Shown here one piece after another: positions 50,340 through 62,831 of a stretch of 64,000 bases of DNA (within the stretch, counting starts at the first letter, position 1; each line of letters starts with the position of its first letter). The notes under the pieces were generated by a model, which did no database searches, had not been told where the DNA came from, and saw only the letters and a program-made list of their open reading frames with translations. The DNA is from Microthyrium microscopicum (lineage: Eukaryota): positions 372,001 through 436,000 of the forward strand of contig MU004241.1 of assembly GCA_010405405.1 (NCBI GenBank). The letters run 5' to 3'. Position numbers and translations under genes: made by a program.

Positions 50340-53300
50340 ATGGAAAATACACCAAAGACTCCTGGTATATCCGCTTCCTTACATCCTTCACATCAAAACT
50401 AACTTGACATCAAGGCAAAACGCCTCCTCGAATCATCTCCGACCTTAAGCTCTACGACCTCGCAGCACCAGATTCTCGTAATCCCTTTACCCAACCACCT
50501 TATAGCTACGATCACGACACTTTCATAGTCCCCAAAACACCGGACGTGAAACGCTGTAACCACCGGTTCTCTGTCAAACACAATCGTACACATCTTGACG
50601 ATCCTGAAAATGGCTATCCAACACGACCGATTCGAAAAACTGCTGGCATATGCCAAGAATGCAGATGCCACGTCGAAATTACTCTCCTGACGAACGGACC
50701 AATCCCAGAGAGATGTCCCACCGATATAGCTCCTTTGCATCACTTCGTTCTCGCGGGCCCCATGCGAGAACAGGGCCGTCAACGTATTTTCACCTTCGTC
50801 TGCACCACTTGCAGAGCCTCTCTTGAGCTTATTTATCGACCTCCACGGCTCGACGAGCCATACTTTGATCTTCTGACTGACCCCGAGAATCTCCGAAATA
50901 GATATGAGGAGGCTCTTCGCCAGGATCCTGAGCGCAGATCTATCGTTATGCAATCAGGCATCAAAGTGCTTGATGCTCTTTCATCTTACCTTAACGAAAG
51001 TCTCAACCCAACTCGAGAAGACCGCATTATTCCAGAAGAGAACAAGAGATTTATGACATCTTTTGGTAAAGACTGCGAGTCTTTCCTCGTTTGGCTTGGA
51101 TTTCGCAAAGTCTACATACCCAACCCCGATGGTAAGTTTCGAACAACGCACCTGGTGGCTCCCATCGCATCACATGGCTCCCATCTCATCTCGTCGAGTT
51201 TTTGAGTTGATCGAGAAATCCCTTCACTTTTCCGAATAATCTCGATTTCACGAGTTATGCCATCGCAATCGATGGCTGCCACAGTATATTATGGGTCCCA
51301 TCGAGGGCAATGGGACTTGACCACGAAATGCGTCGGGGGATGAAGAGCTTATTTTGCAACATTTTCTGACCAGATTGCAGGTTCACCTTCAGAAAATAAG
51401 GGTTGGCAACTGCCAAACACTCCTAGCAAGGACATTTTCACCGACGGACCTGGCGTTCTCTTGGAAGATGTGCAGGAAGAGATTACTGTTAGGATGCGAA
51501 AGTATTCCGAAGCCGAACGTCGGATGCTTAGAAATCCACTAGATCCACCACATTTACTCGATTTGAGAGTTCAAAATGTCCTGGATTCCGAAGTTTATAC
51601 AAAGGCGCCTACAACTCTACGCAGCTTCAAGTTTGACTCGGAACTGGACGAGTATTTTGCTGGACTAGGAGCTACACAAGACTTCTCAGACAAACTCCTC
51701 AAATTCTGCTTTAATAAGCAGATTGAGGCGGATCCGGACCACTCGTCATACTATTTTGACTGCCTGAAGGGAATTTCAGAAAAACGAGGAACTGATGATC
51801 TCAACATAATAGTTGGAACATTAGCGTCTGAAGGCTATGTATCGCAGCAAGATGTAGTTAAGGCCTATCGCTATCTGGGATTCCAACAGTCTGAGATTCC
51901 AAGTCTTGTCGATGATCAGATCCTGGGTTCCTTCAACTCTAGACTTGAGAGCTCGCCTCGGCATCAGGAATCCGAGCTGAGAGACAAGCTTCGAATGATT
52001 GGGGTATCTCGCGGAAGCCCCAGTCTCACAAGCGCTGCAGAAAATGGTAAGTCGAGTTCGGCTTCCAGCCCAAAAGCCTTTTCTTTTTCAAATTCTCCAC
52101 AAGCATTGGAACCGTTTGAACTTGACGAAAAGATTATCCCGACATTGTGGTCGGATTATGAAGGTTGTTCAAATTGTTTGCCCTGCTTTTTTATCTTCAT
52201 TTGATTGCTATCAGAGTTTAAATCGCATTCTGATAGTGTAATCTTCTCCTTCATTCCGCAATTTCTCCACTAACATGGTCAACGTAGATTTCAAAACACC
52301 ACAACAGGCTCTGAAGTGGCTAGATCCTACGTTCGATGGCTCCGTCCAGATTAGCGATGATTCCATCATTGCTCTTGCTGCAAGTAAACAATCCGACCGA
52401 CCCGAACAAACAGACCTCTGTCGCAAGGCTGTTGAGATATTAGCACAAGACAGAGACAGTGAATTTCTTCGTATCTGGGCAAGAGAGGGATCATACCCTG
52501 AAAATTCCAAGGAAGAACAGATCGCTGCCGCGTACCGATTCTTCAACATCAACGACCGAACTAGTACCGTGGATTTGGACGTCTTGCAATTCTATACCTA
52601 CGAGTCAGAGGATCCAGCAAGAAACGAGGAAGCCATGCGTCACTACGCTGTACTTTCAAACCACATTCTCAAACCAAATGCAGGGAAAGGTGAATCCTGG
52701 GATACTCCGGTTGGCTTGGAAAACATGGGCAACACTTGCTACCTCAACTGCCTACTCCAATTTCTCTACGCTATTCGCCCTCTTCGAGAGCTCATAACGG
52801 ATTTCGACGAGTACAAGTTGGACACTTCGGACCCTTCCTATGTTCCAAAGAAATTGGACACACAAGTGGTATCGAAGAACATGACCATTCTCTCGCAAAC
52901 TTTTGTGAAGGAACTCCGTTTGTTATTCCAAGAAATGGCTTCGGATCCAAGATCATCAGTGCGCCCAACTTGGGATTTGGCAAAACTCGCCTTAAAAGGT
53001 GATCCCGTATCAGGTCCTGTACGCCGATCAACAATTGGTGGAGAGCTACCACATTTGAGATCTCCGACTCATCGAAAAGCTCCGTCGTTTCCGGAAAATT
53101 ACATTGACTCGGCTTCCCGACCTGCTCCTTATTCAAGAACGGCCAATTCCAGCGAGATTACCTTGATTGATGAGGTTACGAAAACACCAGATGAAGACGA
53201 AAATACCATGCTTCTAGACAAAGCGGAACAGTCTGAGCCAATGTCTGATAGTCCCGTCGAGATACATCTCGATCCCATGGATCCCGAGGTAAGATATCCC

Positions 53301-54781
53301 GTGAAACCACAATTCTTGACAACATCCAATATCATCAAACGACGTGTTGGTAACTATCGCATTTCATGGCTCCCATAGATTTTGTTTCTGAAGAATTGCG
53401 ATGTCGCCCACTGAATGCGATGGCTTCCATATTCCTGACGTGGTTGCTTCGATTTTGATGTGATACTAACAAATTTCAGGCCATGCCTCTTCTTGAACCG
53501 CAGGAAGAAGAAGAAACTCGACCACCAATGAAAGAGCCATCACCTCCACCCAGGCCACCACCAGTTCCTCCGCGTCCAATCATTGGGCCAATGAATAAAA
53601 ACGATGCTGGAAAAACCTCCATTTGGAATAATGACGAATCGACACGTAGAGAGGCAGAACAGGCCGCCCAGCAACAAGATGTCAGCGAGGCCATGGATGA
53701 GGTTTTATTAAAGCTTCAATGCGCCATCAAAGACACTGTTCCGACCAGTGACGGAGGAATGACCGACAAAGTCAACGAACTGTTCTACGGAAAATGCGTC
53801 TGGAAGTTCCTGGATAGCAAGACTGAAGACAACACAGAAATATTCGCCAGCATCAATGTGTCCTTGATATCAAAGCCAAAAACCATCTCTGCTGGTCTTG
53901 ACCAGTCCTTTGGCATTGATGAGCTGGAAAGCGAGGGAAAAAAGGTTCGTCGATATCGAACAATCACCAAACCACCTCCAATCTTCCAAATCCATCTACA
54001 CCGCCAGGACTATGATCACAACCGTGGCGATTCAGTTGTACTAAAGCACCACATACAACTTGAAGAGGTCATCTATCTGGATCGCTTCATTACTTCCAGC
54101 AATCCAGAGCTTCACAAAGTCCGCGAAAACTCGTGGGAGCTTGACGCCCGCCTGGCCAAAATGCATGCCCGGCGCAATCAGCTCCTGGCCACCACGATCG
54201 ACATGGAAAAGCCGGAGCTCTTGGATGCCACCTGGTCCTTTGTGTCGTCCCAAGGTGACGTTCTCAACACTGATGATCCCACCCTCGTCGATGATCTCCG
54301 TGCCGAAGCCGAGCACGTGCGTCTCAAGGCGAGGGCTGTATCAGCCCGCCTAGACGGGCTCGAGACAAGGCGAGCGGCCTTGTTTACACCCTACACTCGC
54401 CATGCATATCGTCTAGCCGCCGTGTTTGTGCATCGTGGTCAGGGTGGTGCCATGGGCGGCCATTACTGGATCTACATCTACGATTTCAAAGTCGACAAAT
54501 GGCGTCGCTACGAGGACCGTGAAGTGCGCGAAGTGACAGATCCGCAAGAAGAAATCTTCAAGGAGAAGGATCCTGAATTGCAGGGCGCGCCATATTTCGT
54601 CGTATATGTTCGCGATGAGGTGAAGGACGAAGTGGTCGATGCCTTGTGTCGGATCAAGCCTGTGGAGGAAGAAGTGGATGCTGATACTCAGATGGGCGGG
54701 ATGAGCGAAGATGGTGGTAACGTTAACGGCTTATCGCTGCTCAAATCATCAGAGGCGGAAGAGGGTGCGATGAAGGCGTAG
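50340..54781 (+). CDS. ubp2: Ubiquitin carboxyl-terminal hydrolase (USP/C19), Ubp2-like, 5 exons
   Basis: Introns 50365-50414, 51132-51380, 52047-52287 and 53289-53479 keep one frame. Cys box GLENMGNTCYLNCLLQ, QQQDVSE, His box YRLAAVFVHRG...GGHYWIYIYD; RPT-like AY..LG repeats typical of Ubp2. Confidence 0.9.
51146..51333 (+). ncRNA. Candidate intronic hairpin RNA (ubp2 intron 2)
   Basis: Nested pairings ACGCA/TGCGT, GTGG/CCAC, TCCCAT/ATGGGA, ATGG-CT-CCCAT/ATGGG-TC-CCAT; inner ATCGAGA/TCTCGAT and GCCATCG-CAAT-CGATGGC. Confidence 0.4.
52101..52243 (+). ncRNA. Candidate intronic hairpin RNA(s) (ubp2 intron 3)
   Basis: Hairpin 52101-52188 (AAGCA/TGCTT, TTTGAAC/GTTCAAA, ATCC-C-GAC/GTC-GGAT) and hairpin 52203-52243 (GCTATCAGA/TCTGATAGT). 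Confidence 0.35.
53330..53465 (+). ncRNA. Candidate intronic hairpin RNA (ubp2 intron 4)
   Basis: CATCAAA/TTTGATG basal stem ending next to the TACTAAC branch site; CTATCGCATT/AATGCGATGG stem; shares 19/21 nt with intron 2. Confidence 0.4.
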
Positions 54782-55433
54782 ATGGTGTGTTGTATGATTG
54801 TAGCGTGGGAGTTGTGAGGTCTCGCGCTGAGCGTTGTTTTAACTGATAGCATGGTGTTGGGGAGAACGATGATTATTTGAATAGGGGTTGCTGAGGTTCA
54901 TAGAATGAATGACATTCTTGTATAAGCTTCTGTTATGGCCCAAATGTCTTGATTCATGGCTGAAATATTTTCTACATACCGCCTTGTTGGTCGAATGCAT
55001 GGTTATATTCCTCATAGCTGACATCCACAAGATAGAGTTAAAGCAAAGCTTAAAGTCTTGATGATTAAGAACGTATTTCTAGAAAAACATACTGCTAAGT
55101 GAACACTAACAAACTCGCCCAAAAATCCAAAACACGAGAGAGCAATGAGCCTTTACCAAGAGCGCAAAGACAAAAACACCCACTGATGAAAAGACACAGC
55201 GAGCCCCGGCCCCGAGGCACGAAAAATCTGCAAAATGTACAAAACAGCGGTATTAAAAAGCACTGCCATTGGTTGAAGGAATGCTCGTTTCTCTCTGGAC
55301 TGCTGCTCTACCGACACTGTAGACTCGATTCCCATATCTTGATATGCCAACCGGTGCTACCAACTGTCATGCCGCATGCTCTTATGCCGCATGATCTTCC
55401 CAATTTCTTCCATGATATTCTTCGGTCCCCAAC

Positions 55434-56318
55434 CTAGCATTGGCATCCTCCGGCTCCTTGTGTGCTCGATGATTCAGGTCTTAGGTTAACACCCGGCCGT
55501 GAGCCCGCCGAGCGCAGATTCCGTGGTCCAGCTTGATCGAGAGGAAGTTTCTTGGCGATGGCAGTGAACAGTTCTTTTACATTATCAGCCGTCTTTGCCG
55601 AGGTTTCGAAAAAGAGGAGACCGGCTTCGCTAGCATATTGTTGAGCATCGGCTGTGGAGATTGCTCGCTTGTCGGGGCTGTCTCTGACGAGATCGAGTTT
55701 GTTTCCTGCGAGAGCGATTATGATGTTTTCGTTGGCTTGACGTTGGAGCTCTTTGACCCAGGCTTTGGCCTTATCTAATGATGACTACAAGTGTCGCGTG
55801 TTAGATGGAGGATGGAGCTGCGGTTGAGGAAGGGGGCTTACTGATTGGGTGATATCATAGACGACTACGGCGCAGTTCGCGTTGCGATAGTACATGGGGG
55901 CCAGAGACTTGTATCGTTCTTGTCCTGCCGTGTCCCATATTTCGAACTTGACGGTTGTGTTTTCGTCGAGAGGGATGGTCTGTGTGAGGAAGGCGGCGCC
56001 AATGGTTGATTCTCGGTAGTCATCGAATTGATCCTGATGGAGGTTTAGTAGATAGTCTATGAAAGAGCTGAAGACGCTGTTTACCTTTACGAATCGCAGG
56101 ACTAACGAGCTCTAAAGAGGCGAATGTTAGCTTCTAAGCAACTAGTCTCAGCTGGAGTATTGGCGAAGTTACCTTTCCAACCGCAGATTCTCCTACACAG
56201 AAGAGTTAGCACATAAACAGATAATACGACAGTGTGGTATCGTACCTAGCAATACTAGTTTGAACTGGGCGAATCTGGAGCCTGGCCGACCGGCTTGTTG
56301 GCTGCGAGGCGCGGCCAT
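55434..56318 (-). CDS. ypt52: Rab5-family small GTPase (Ypt5/Ypt52-like), 5 exons; not captured by the ORF track
   Basis: Introns 56193-56245, 56112-56172, 56034-56084 and 55785-55841. [41 protein letters not shown] and C-terminal CQC prenylation motif. Confidence 0.93.
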
Positions 56319-56888
56319 GTTTGAGTGACGTAGAGGAAAGGTAGGAGGATGAGAGTAGGTGATAGACTCGGATACAGACAGGTGAACTGGACAATAAGTA
56401 GGGTTGAAGGAGGAGAGAGTAGATGGAGGTTGCACAGATATTGATGATGGTGATAGGGATGATATGAGCGAGGGGGTGAATGATGGCGGCGTTAAAGACT
56501 GGCAGCTGCCATGGAGTTGCGATTGCTTTGCTCTTGCCTGCCCTGCAGTTGCTAAAGAACGGAAGGCACCAAGGCATAAGATGGAAATTCAGGCATCAAG
56601 ATCCGTCGCAAAATGGAATTGGAAGCTGCGACTGACAGATGTGGCTGCTGTGGCTGGTGAAATCTGCACGGCCACAATAAGCACGCGTCACTTTGCGATC
56701 CCATTCCCATTCTACTCCCTGGAGCTCCAGCTTGTCTGGACTTTTGGAGCTGCATGGTTCATGAGCCTCCAGTCTCAAGAGACGCAATCGACAATACTGT
56801 ATCCAATTTTGCCATTGACCTACACATACTCTTCCATCCTCCTATTGCTCCGACTATCTGTTGCACGCCGCTATAGGCTTCATCCGCC

Positions 56889-59093
56889 ATGGCCGCTCTC
56901 CCATTTCGCGACATCAATGTCCACGCTTCAACCTCTCACTATGCCTTCTCATCCCCGTCAACACCCTCAGCTCAGACTCTGGTCGTCGAACGGCCATCTG
57001 GGGATCTTCGATTGACCAATGACAAGATCCTGGGAAGCAGACGAGTATCTGCTGTTGCCGGTATTTTTGGGATGATCAGCCTAAGACTTGGTATAAGAAA
57101 CTATCTTGGCACATGAGCTCTACTTACAAGTCCAGACAAATACATCATTGTCATAAACAAAGCAAACCCCGTCGGTCGCATAAAAGGCAATATGATCTAC
57201 AAAGTTGTCACCACCGAGTTCCTACCTTTGCGCGAACGCGCCCTCCATGATGCTGATGAGGATCGCTACATCTCCCTCCTGAAAGACCTCATCAAGTCGA
57301 GTCCTCTCTATTTTTCCTATGGCTTCGACATCACCAGCTGTTTCCAAAGGCAATCGCAATCAGACTTGTCTAACCCACTTTGGCAAAGAGCTGACGAACG
57401 TTTCTTTTGGAATCGATTCATTCAGTCAGATTTTATCGATTTGAGAAATGGCAAAGGTGGTCGACTGGCACAAGGACGTGAACAACCGGGCGTCGACTCC
57501 TTTATACTGCCCGTTATGTTTGGAATGTTGGAAATTAGAAACACTTCCATCAAAGGCACGCCATTGACATATATCCTCATAACTCGAAGATCCCGGTTCC
57601 GGTCCGGAACTAGATACTTTTCGAGGGGTCTAGACGATGAAGGACATGTATCCAACTTCAATGAAACAGAGCAAGCAGTAATTCTCAATGACGAGGCTTC
57701 AAAAGGACCTGTCAGTTATGCAGGCGACCAGGGCATGCAGTACGAAAAGTTGAAAGCCGCAGTGGGGCAAGAAGCCCAAATTCTCTCGTATGTCCAAACA
57801 AGAGGTAGTGTGCCTGTTTTCTGGGCCGAAGTCAACAACCTTCACTATACGCCCAAAGTCCAAATCCGTGGTGTTGATAGTGCTGTCACAGCTGCAGGAC
57901 TACATTTCCAGGAACAGATTGACCTTTATGGCGACAACTATTTAGTCAACCTCGTCAACCAAAAAGGCAGAGAGCAAAGAGTCAAGGAGTCTTACGAACA
58001 AGTTGTTGAGAAGTTGGTGTCTAGCCCAACTCAGCAAAGGAGTCCCAATGACAACACATCTGAGAAATTCAACGTCATAGAATCCAAAAGCGGCGGCAGT
58101 CAATTTGATCGATTGCACTATGTCTACTTTGACTTTCATAATGAGACGAAAGGTCTTCAATGGCATCGAGCCAAACTTCTGCTTCAAAAGCTAGAGCAGC
58201 CAATCATACATGGAGGATATTTCAGAGCTGTAGACATGCCTGGTGGAGCGAGTGGACTTGAAGTCCGAAGCAAGCAAAATGCTGTGGTACGAACAAACTG
58301 CATGGATTGTCTCGACAGGACCAATGTCGTGCAAAGCATGCTTGGTAGATTTGTCCTTTCCCGAATGTTGATCGACTTGGGTGTTCTTCAAGAAGGTGGA
58401 ATGGTTGAGGACGACCAATCTTTCGAGCATCTATTCCGGAATATATGGGCAGACAATGCGGATGTTGTTAGCAAAGCATACTCTGGTACAGGAGCGCTAA
58501 AGACAGACTTTACGAGAACTGGTGAGAGGACCAAAAAGGGTGCTTTCCAAGATTTCACAAACTCTACAACACGATACGTCAAGAACAACTTCCTCGACGG
58601 CCCTCGACAGGACGCATTTGATGTCTTCCATGGTGTTTACAAGCCAGGAAACAATCATTTGGGCAAAAGTTCCATCTTCGCCGACACCAGGCCCCTCGCA
58701 ATCCAGAGCGTGCCATACGTTCTTGCGGCATGCATCTTCCTGGTGTTCATAGGTTCATTCACGAGACGAGAAGCAACTTCTGCAGTGTGGCCTTTGAGAC
58801 TGATGATGATCATTTCTCTTGTTGCTGCGACAATATGTCTGCATTTCATGGTCAAACATGGCATGCTCTACGTAGGTTCCCGAAACAAACACCCGCTGAG
58901 ATATAGAATTAACATGATATAGGTCAACTGGCCAAAACTCAATACTCCACCATGGGCTATCGAAGGATTTCAAGATGCTTTGACACAAGCTAAAAAGAAT
59001 CCCGTGATGGCAAGTTTGGTCAAAGGCCACGAACGAGGACGAAGTGAAGCACGCGTTGGTTACATGGAAGAGGGCAAAACGAGAATCGAATAA
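56889..59093 (+). CDS. sac1: Phosphoinositide phosphatase Sac1, 3 exons
   Basis: Introns 57091-57135 and 58872-58922. RFFWN, GTRYFSRG, NFNETEQ, QTRGSVP, catalytic RTNCMDCLDRTN, two C-terminal TM segments and tail EEGKTRIE. Confidence 0.95.
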
Positions 59094-59491
59094 GACTTCT
59101 GTTCACACAGAGACTTGCTGTACAACTACATAGATGGGATGGTTACATTGCACACTATAGGCAGACATACCAGGTAATACTTCGTATAATAGATAAACAT
59201 TCTCGTATAGCATTGAAAAGACAGCTATTGACACCACCCAAAGTCCGATACAGCAACATCATTATATCAGCCTTGCATATGCTCGTTCAGCCTCGTGCAT
59301 TGGCACCCGAGACAATGCCACGAAGTCAACAGATCATACATCACTAGCGGGGCACAAACCTCCTGAATGACCTTCTGAACATTTAACGCAATTGCCCCTC
59401 CATACAATTCCCCACAGGCTGCTTTTAATCTCCTAGTTACCTCTTCAGTATTTAAACCTCCGCGCCATCCCCTGAAGCTAAGAGCATTCAA

Positions 59492-62320
59492 ATGGCAACC
59501 GCCCTCGAAGCCGCAAAGAAAGCCGCCAACGCAGCTCAAATCGGCGTCAAACATCCAGACCGCTTTCCTACCTGGCCAGACATAAAACATTTCTTCAAAT
59601 CTTCTTCGACCGACAAGATGCTTGCGAGAGTTCTTTGCCATCCGCTGTTGGGACAGCCGACGCTTAGTCCGCCTGGGGAGGTATCGGTTACGTTCCATGT
59701 GGTGTTGGAGGTTGATCAGGGGTCGGACAAGAGCTGGGAGGTACAACTTTGGCACGACCATGGAAATGATTGGGCGGGAGAGGATTTTGAGATGGCTGAG
59801 GAAAGTGATGTTGTAAGTTGTGTTGTCAATTGATTGGATGAAGCTGATGGGATGTAGTTGAGTATTGGAGATATTAGCAAGAAGCTTAGCAGCATGCCTA
59901 AGAAGTTGTGTTTCTCGCTGAAGCTTGATCGACCAACGGAAGCTGGGAAGACGGAGACGAAGTTTACGGTTCGCTTCAGGAATTCACCCAAGGCGGAGTG
60001 GAAATGGGCCAATGATCAGTTGGCTGTTTCTGATGGTAGTGTCTACTGGCAGCCAGTGACGGTACCAAAACACGACATCGGGTATTATCTTACCAAGCAG
60101 GATCCTGCTATCGAAGCTGAACAGATGGCTGCCCAAACGCCGGATACCCTCCTCTGGTCTCTTACTGCACCTGTCGACGCGGCGCAAGGCGATGTCTCGA
60201 CGATTTCTCAGTACAGATTTGGACTGGCTACCAACTTCACTCGATGGTTCGCTACGACGAGGTTGATGACTACTTGGTTTCGACCCAGACATGGAAAGCA
60301 CAAGTTCTTTACTGATAACCAGGATGCTGTCTGCATTGCCTTTCTTCGCAATGACGGGCTCAGTGTTGTTGTGCTTGGCCTCAGCGGAATCGATGATACT
60401 GGTGCTCTGTTCACATACGATGCTGATGGATACGTTGTGCTCAAAGCTCGAAATGATGGTACCCAAGCAGCTCATGCCAAGGTTCTGGTCTCAGTCGCTC
60501 CAACTTTCGAGCTTGCGAATGCAGCGGTCATGTATGAAGCTCGCAGCCTGTCACGCGCAGCTCAGACTGATGTCATGGCTTTGGAGCAACAGATTCAGGG
60601 CATGAATCTCAAGGACGTTGATGCTCAGTGGCTGGAGGAGTGGTATGACGGATTTGGGTTCTGCACTTGGAATGCTCTGGGTCAGAATTTGACAGAGCAA
60701 AAGATTCTTGATACACTGGATGAGTTCAAGAAGGACAAGATTGACATCACCACTCTGATCATTGACGACAATTGGCAGTCTTTGGACAATGAGGGTCAAG
60801 ATCAAGGTCGGAAGGGCATGACTCGATTCGAGGCAGACGCAACAGCATTTCCCAGCGGCATGAAAGGTCTAATCACCAAGATCAAAACCCAACATCCACA
60901 CATCAAGAGAGTAGCCGTATGGCACACCATGCTAGGATACTGGGGAGCCATCTCTCCAACAGGCGAATTAGCAAAAACCTACAAAACCATCAAAGCACTA
61001 AACAACAGCGGCTGGGAATGGACTTGTATCGCCCCGGAAGACATCGACCGCTTCTACAACGATTTCTACAAGTAAGCTCCTTTCCCCCATCCAGGTTCAC
61101 GACCTACTAACGAATCCCCCAGATTTCTCCAGTCCTGCAACGTAGACGGCGTAAAAACCGACTCCCAAAACTCCCTCGACGACCTCCAACACGCCCCCGA
61201 CCGCCGCACAATGCAAAAGTCCTACCAAGACGCCTGGATCCTCGCCGGCCTACGCTACCTCGGAGCCCGGCAAATCGGCTGCGGATCCCAAGTACCCGCC
61301 ATAGTATTCCACTCGATGATCAACACATCCACACCACGCATCGTCGTCCGCAACAGCGATGATTTCTTTCCCGACAACGATGGGAGTCATCCGTGGCATA
61401 TCTTTGCGAATGCGCACAATGCGTTGATGATGCAGCATTTGCATATTTTGCCGGATTGGGATATGTTTCAGACGGATCATAAGTGGGCTGCCTACCATGC
61501 TGCGGCAAGATGTGTGAGTGGGGGGCCAATTTATATTACTGATGCGCCGGGGAAACATGATAAGGATCTGATTGGTCAGATGACGGCGCAGACGACGAGG
61601 GGAACGACGGTGATTTTGAGGACGGAGAGGTTGGGGAAGGCTAGTCAGGCGTATATTGCGTACGAAGAGCCGAAGTTGTTGAAGATTGATACGTATAATG
61701 GTATGGCGCGCACAGGGACTGGCGTTTTGGGTGTGTTCAATGTGAGTCAGGCGGCGTTGAGTGAACTTGTTGGGTTGGTGGACTTTCCGGGCTCGGAGGA
61801 GGGTGAGTATGTGGTGCGGTCTCATACGCTTGAGCGGACCAGTTTGCCGATGCGGAGAGGTGAGAAGCATGCTTTTGTGCATGCTGAATTGGATGTGGGC
61901 GGGTATGATATACTCACGGCGTATCCGCTCAAAGACTTGAGTGCAAGTTGTGGAAAGATACAGGTTGCGAACTTGGGCTTGGTAGGCAAGATGAGTGGAG
62001 CCGCGGCCATCATCTCCAGTTCGCTATACTTTGAGGACGAGAGGGCGAAGGTTCCCTCCGAGTTGGCGAAGAGGGCAAGAGTATGGACGAGCTTGAAGGC
62101 ACTGGGGACTTGGGGAGTGTGGATTGATAGGTTGCCAGAGTTATCGGTGGAGGATGACTTGATGGCGATGATGTTGGGCAAGCCGATTCCGTTGCATTTG
62201 GCAAAGATCTCAGAGACGGATGAGCGTGTGTTGGAGATTGATTTGGCAAAGGCCTGGAAGGATGGCGACTATGAGAGCAGCTGGTCAAATGAGGTTGCTG
62301 TTGAGTTATTTATACGATAG
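59492..62320 (+). CDS. Glycoside hydrolase family 36 (raffinose synthase/Sip1-like alpha-galactosidase), 3 exons
   Basis: Introns 59813-59857 and 61072-61122. Motifs GFCTWNAL, LIIDDNWQ, AVWH...GYWG, VDGVKTD, RNSDDFFP, PDWDMFQT and HAAARCVSGGPIYITD. Confidence 0.92.
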
Positions 62321-62831
62321 ATCGGTTGGTTCTGGAGCTTGGAGTTTTCACTTATCTAGAATAGTGGTAGTAACAACGGTATAACTTGTCACATGGCTTA
62401 GGATCCAGTTCACCAATTTTACACAAGTTTTTATTACTAGGGGTGTATAATTCCTCAAGTTCGATGGGTTTTTGAGCATCAAACTCGTCTTTGTAGGCGA
62501 TGAACAAACTTGAGAGCTCAACTAAATGTCTTCCATAAGTCATAGTATGGTTAATGACTCCTGTTTGCTACAGGACTAATTTGCCCCGTGGCAAATCACT
62601 GAAGTCCTCTTCAACATCCCAATACCAATCATCATCAGATCAGTCTGTCACTGGACGGTAGTCTTCTTCACCTTCAGCAATGTCCAAGAATCGCGGGCTC
62701 TGAAGGAGTTCCGTGATTCTTGCATTGATCAAAAGGTATGCCATCTTAGCTTTCTGAGAGAGCTCTCCTGACTTGCTTTCGTCCATCTCTTCCCAGTGAG
62801 CTTTGTTATAGTCTGCCTGTGCGGAGCGATC

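Noticed and set aside
51132..53479. Long ubp2 introns as TPP riboswitch, C/D snoRNA or CRISPR-like array
   Set aside because: No TPP core motifs, no convincing RTGATGA...CTGA pair, and the repeats are contiguous without unique spacers. An H/ACA snoRNA in intron 2 (ACAGTA, ACATTT) is not excluded but the architecture fits poorly.
56404..57015. 203-aa ORF between the Rab and sac1 genes, and many antisense ORFs over real genes
   Set aside because: Non-ATG start, no motifs, and it spans a divergent promoter; shadow ORFs of genuine coding regions.
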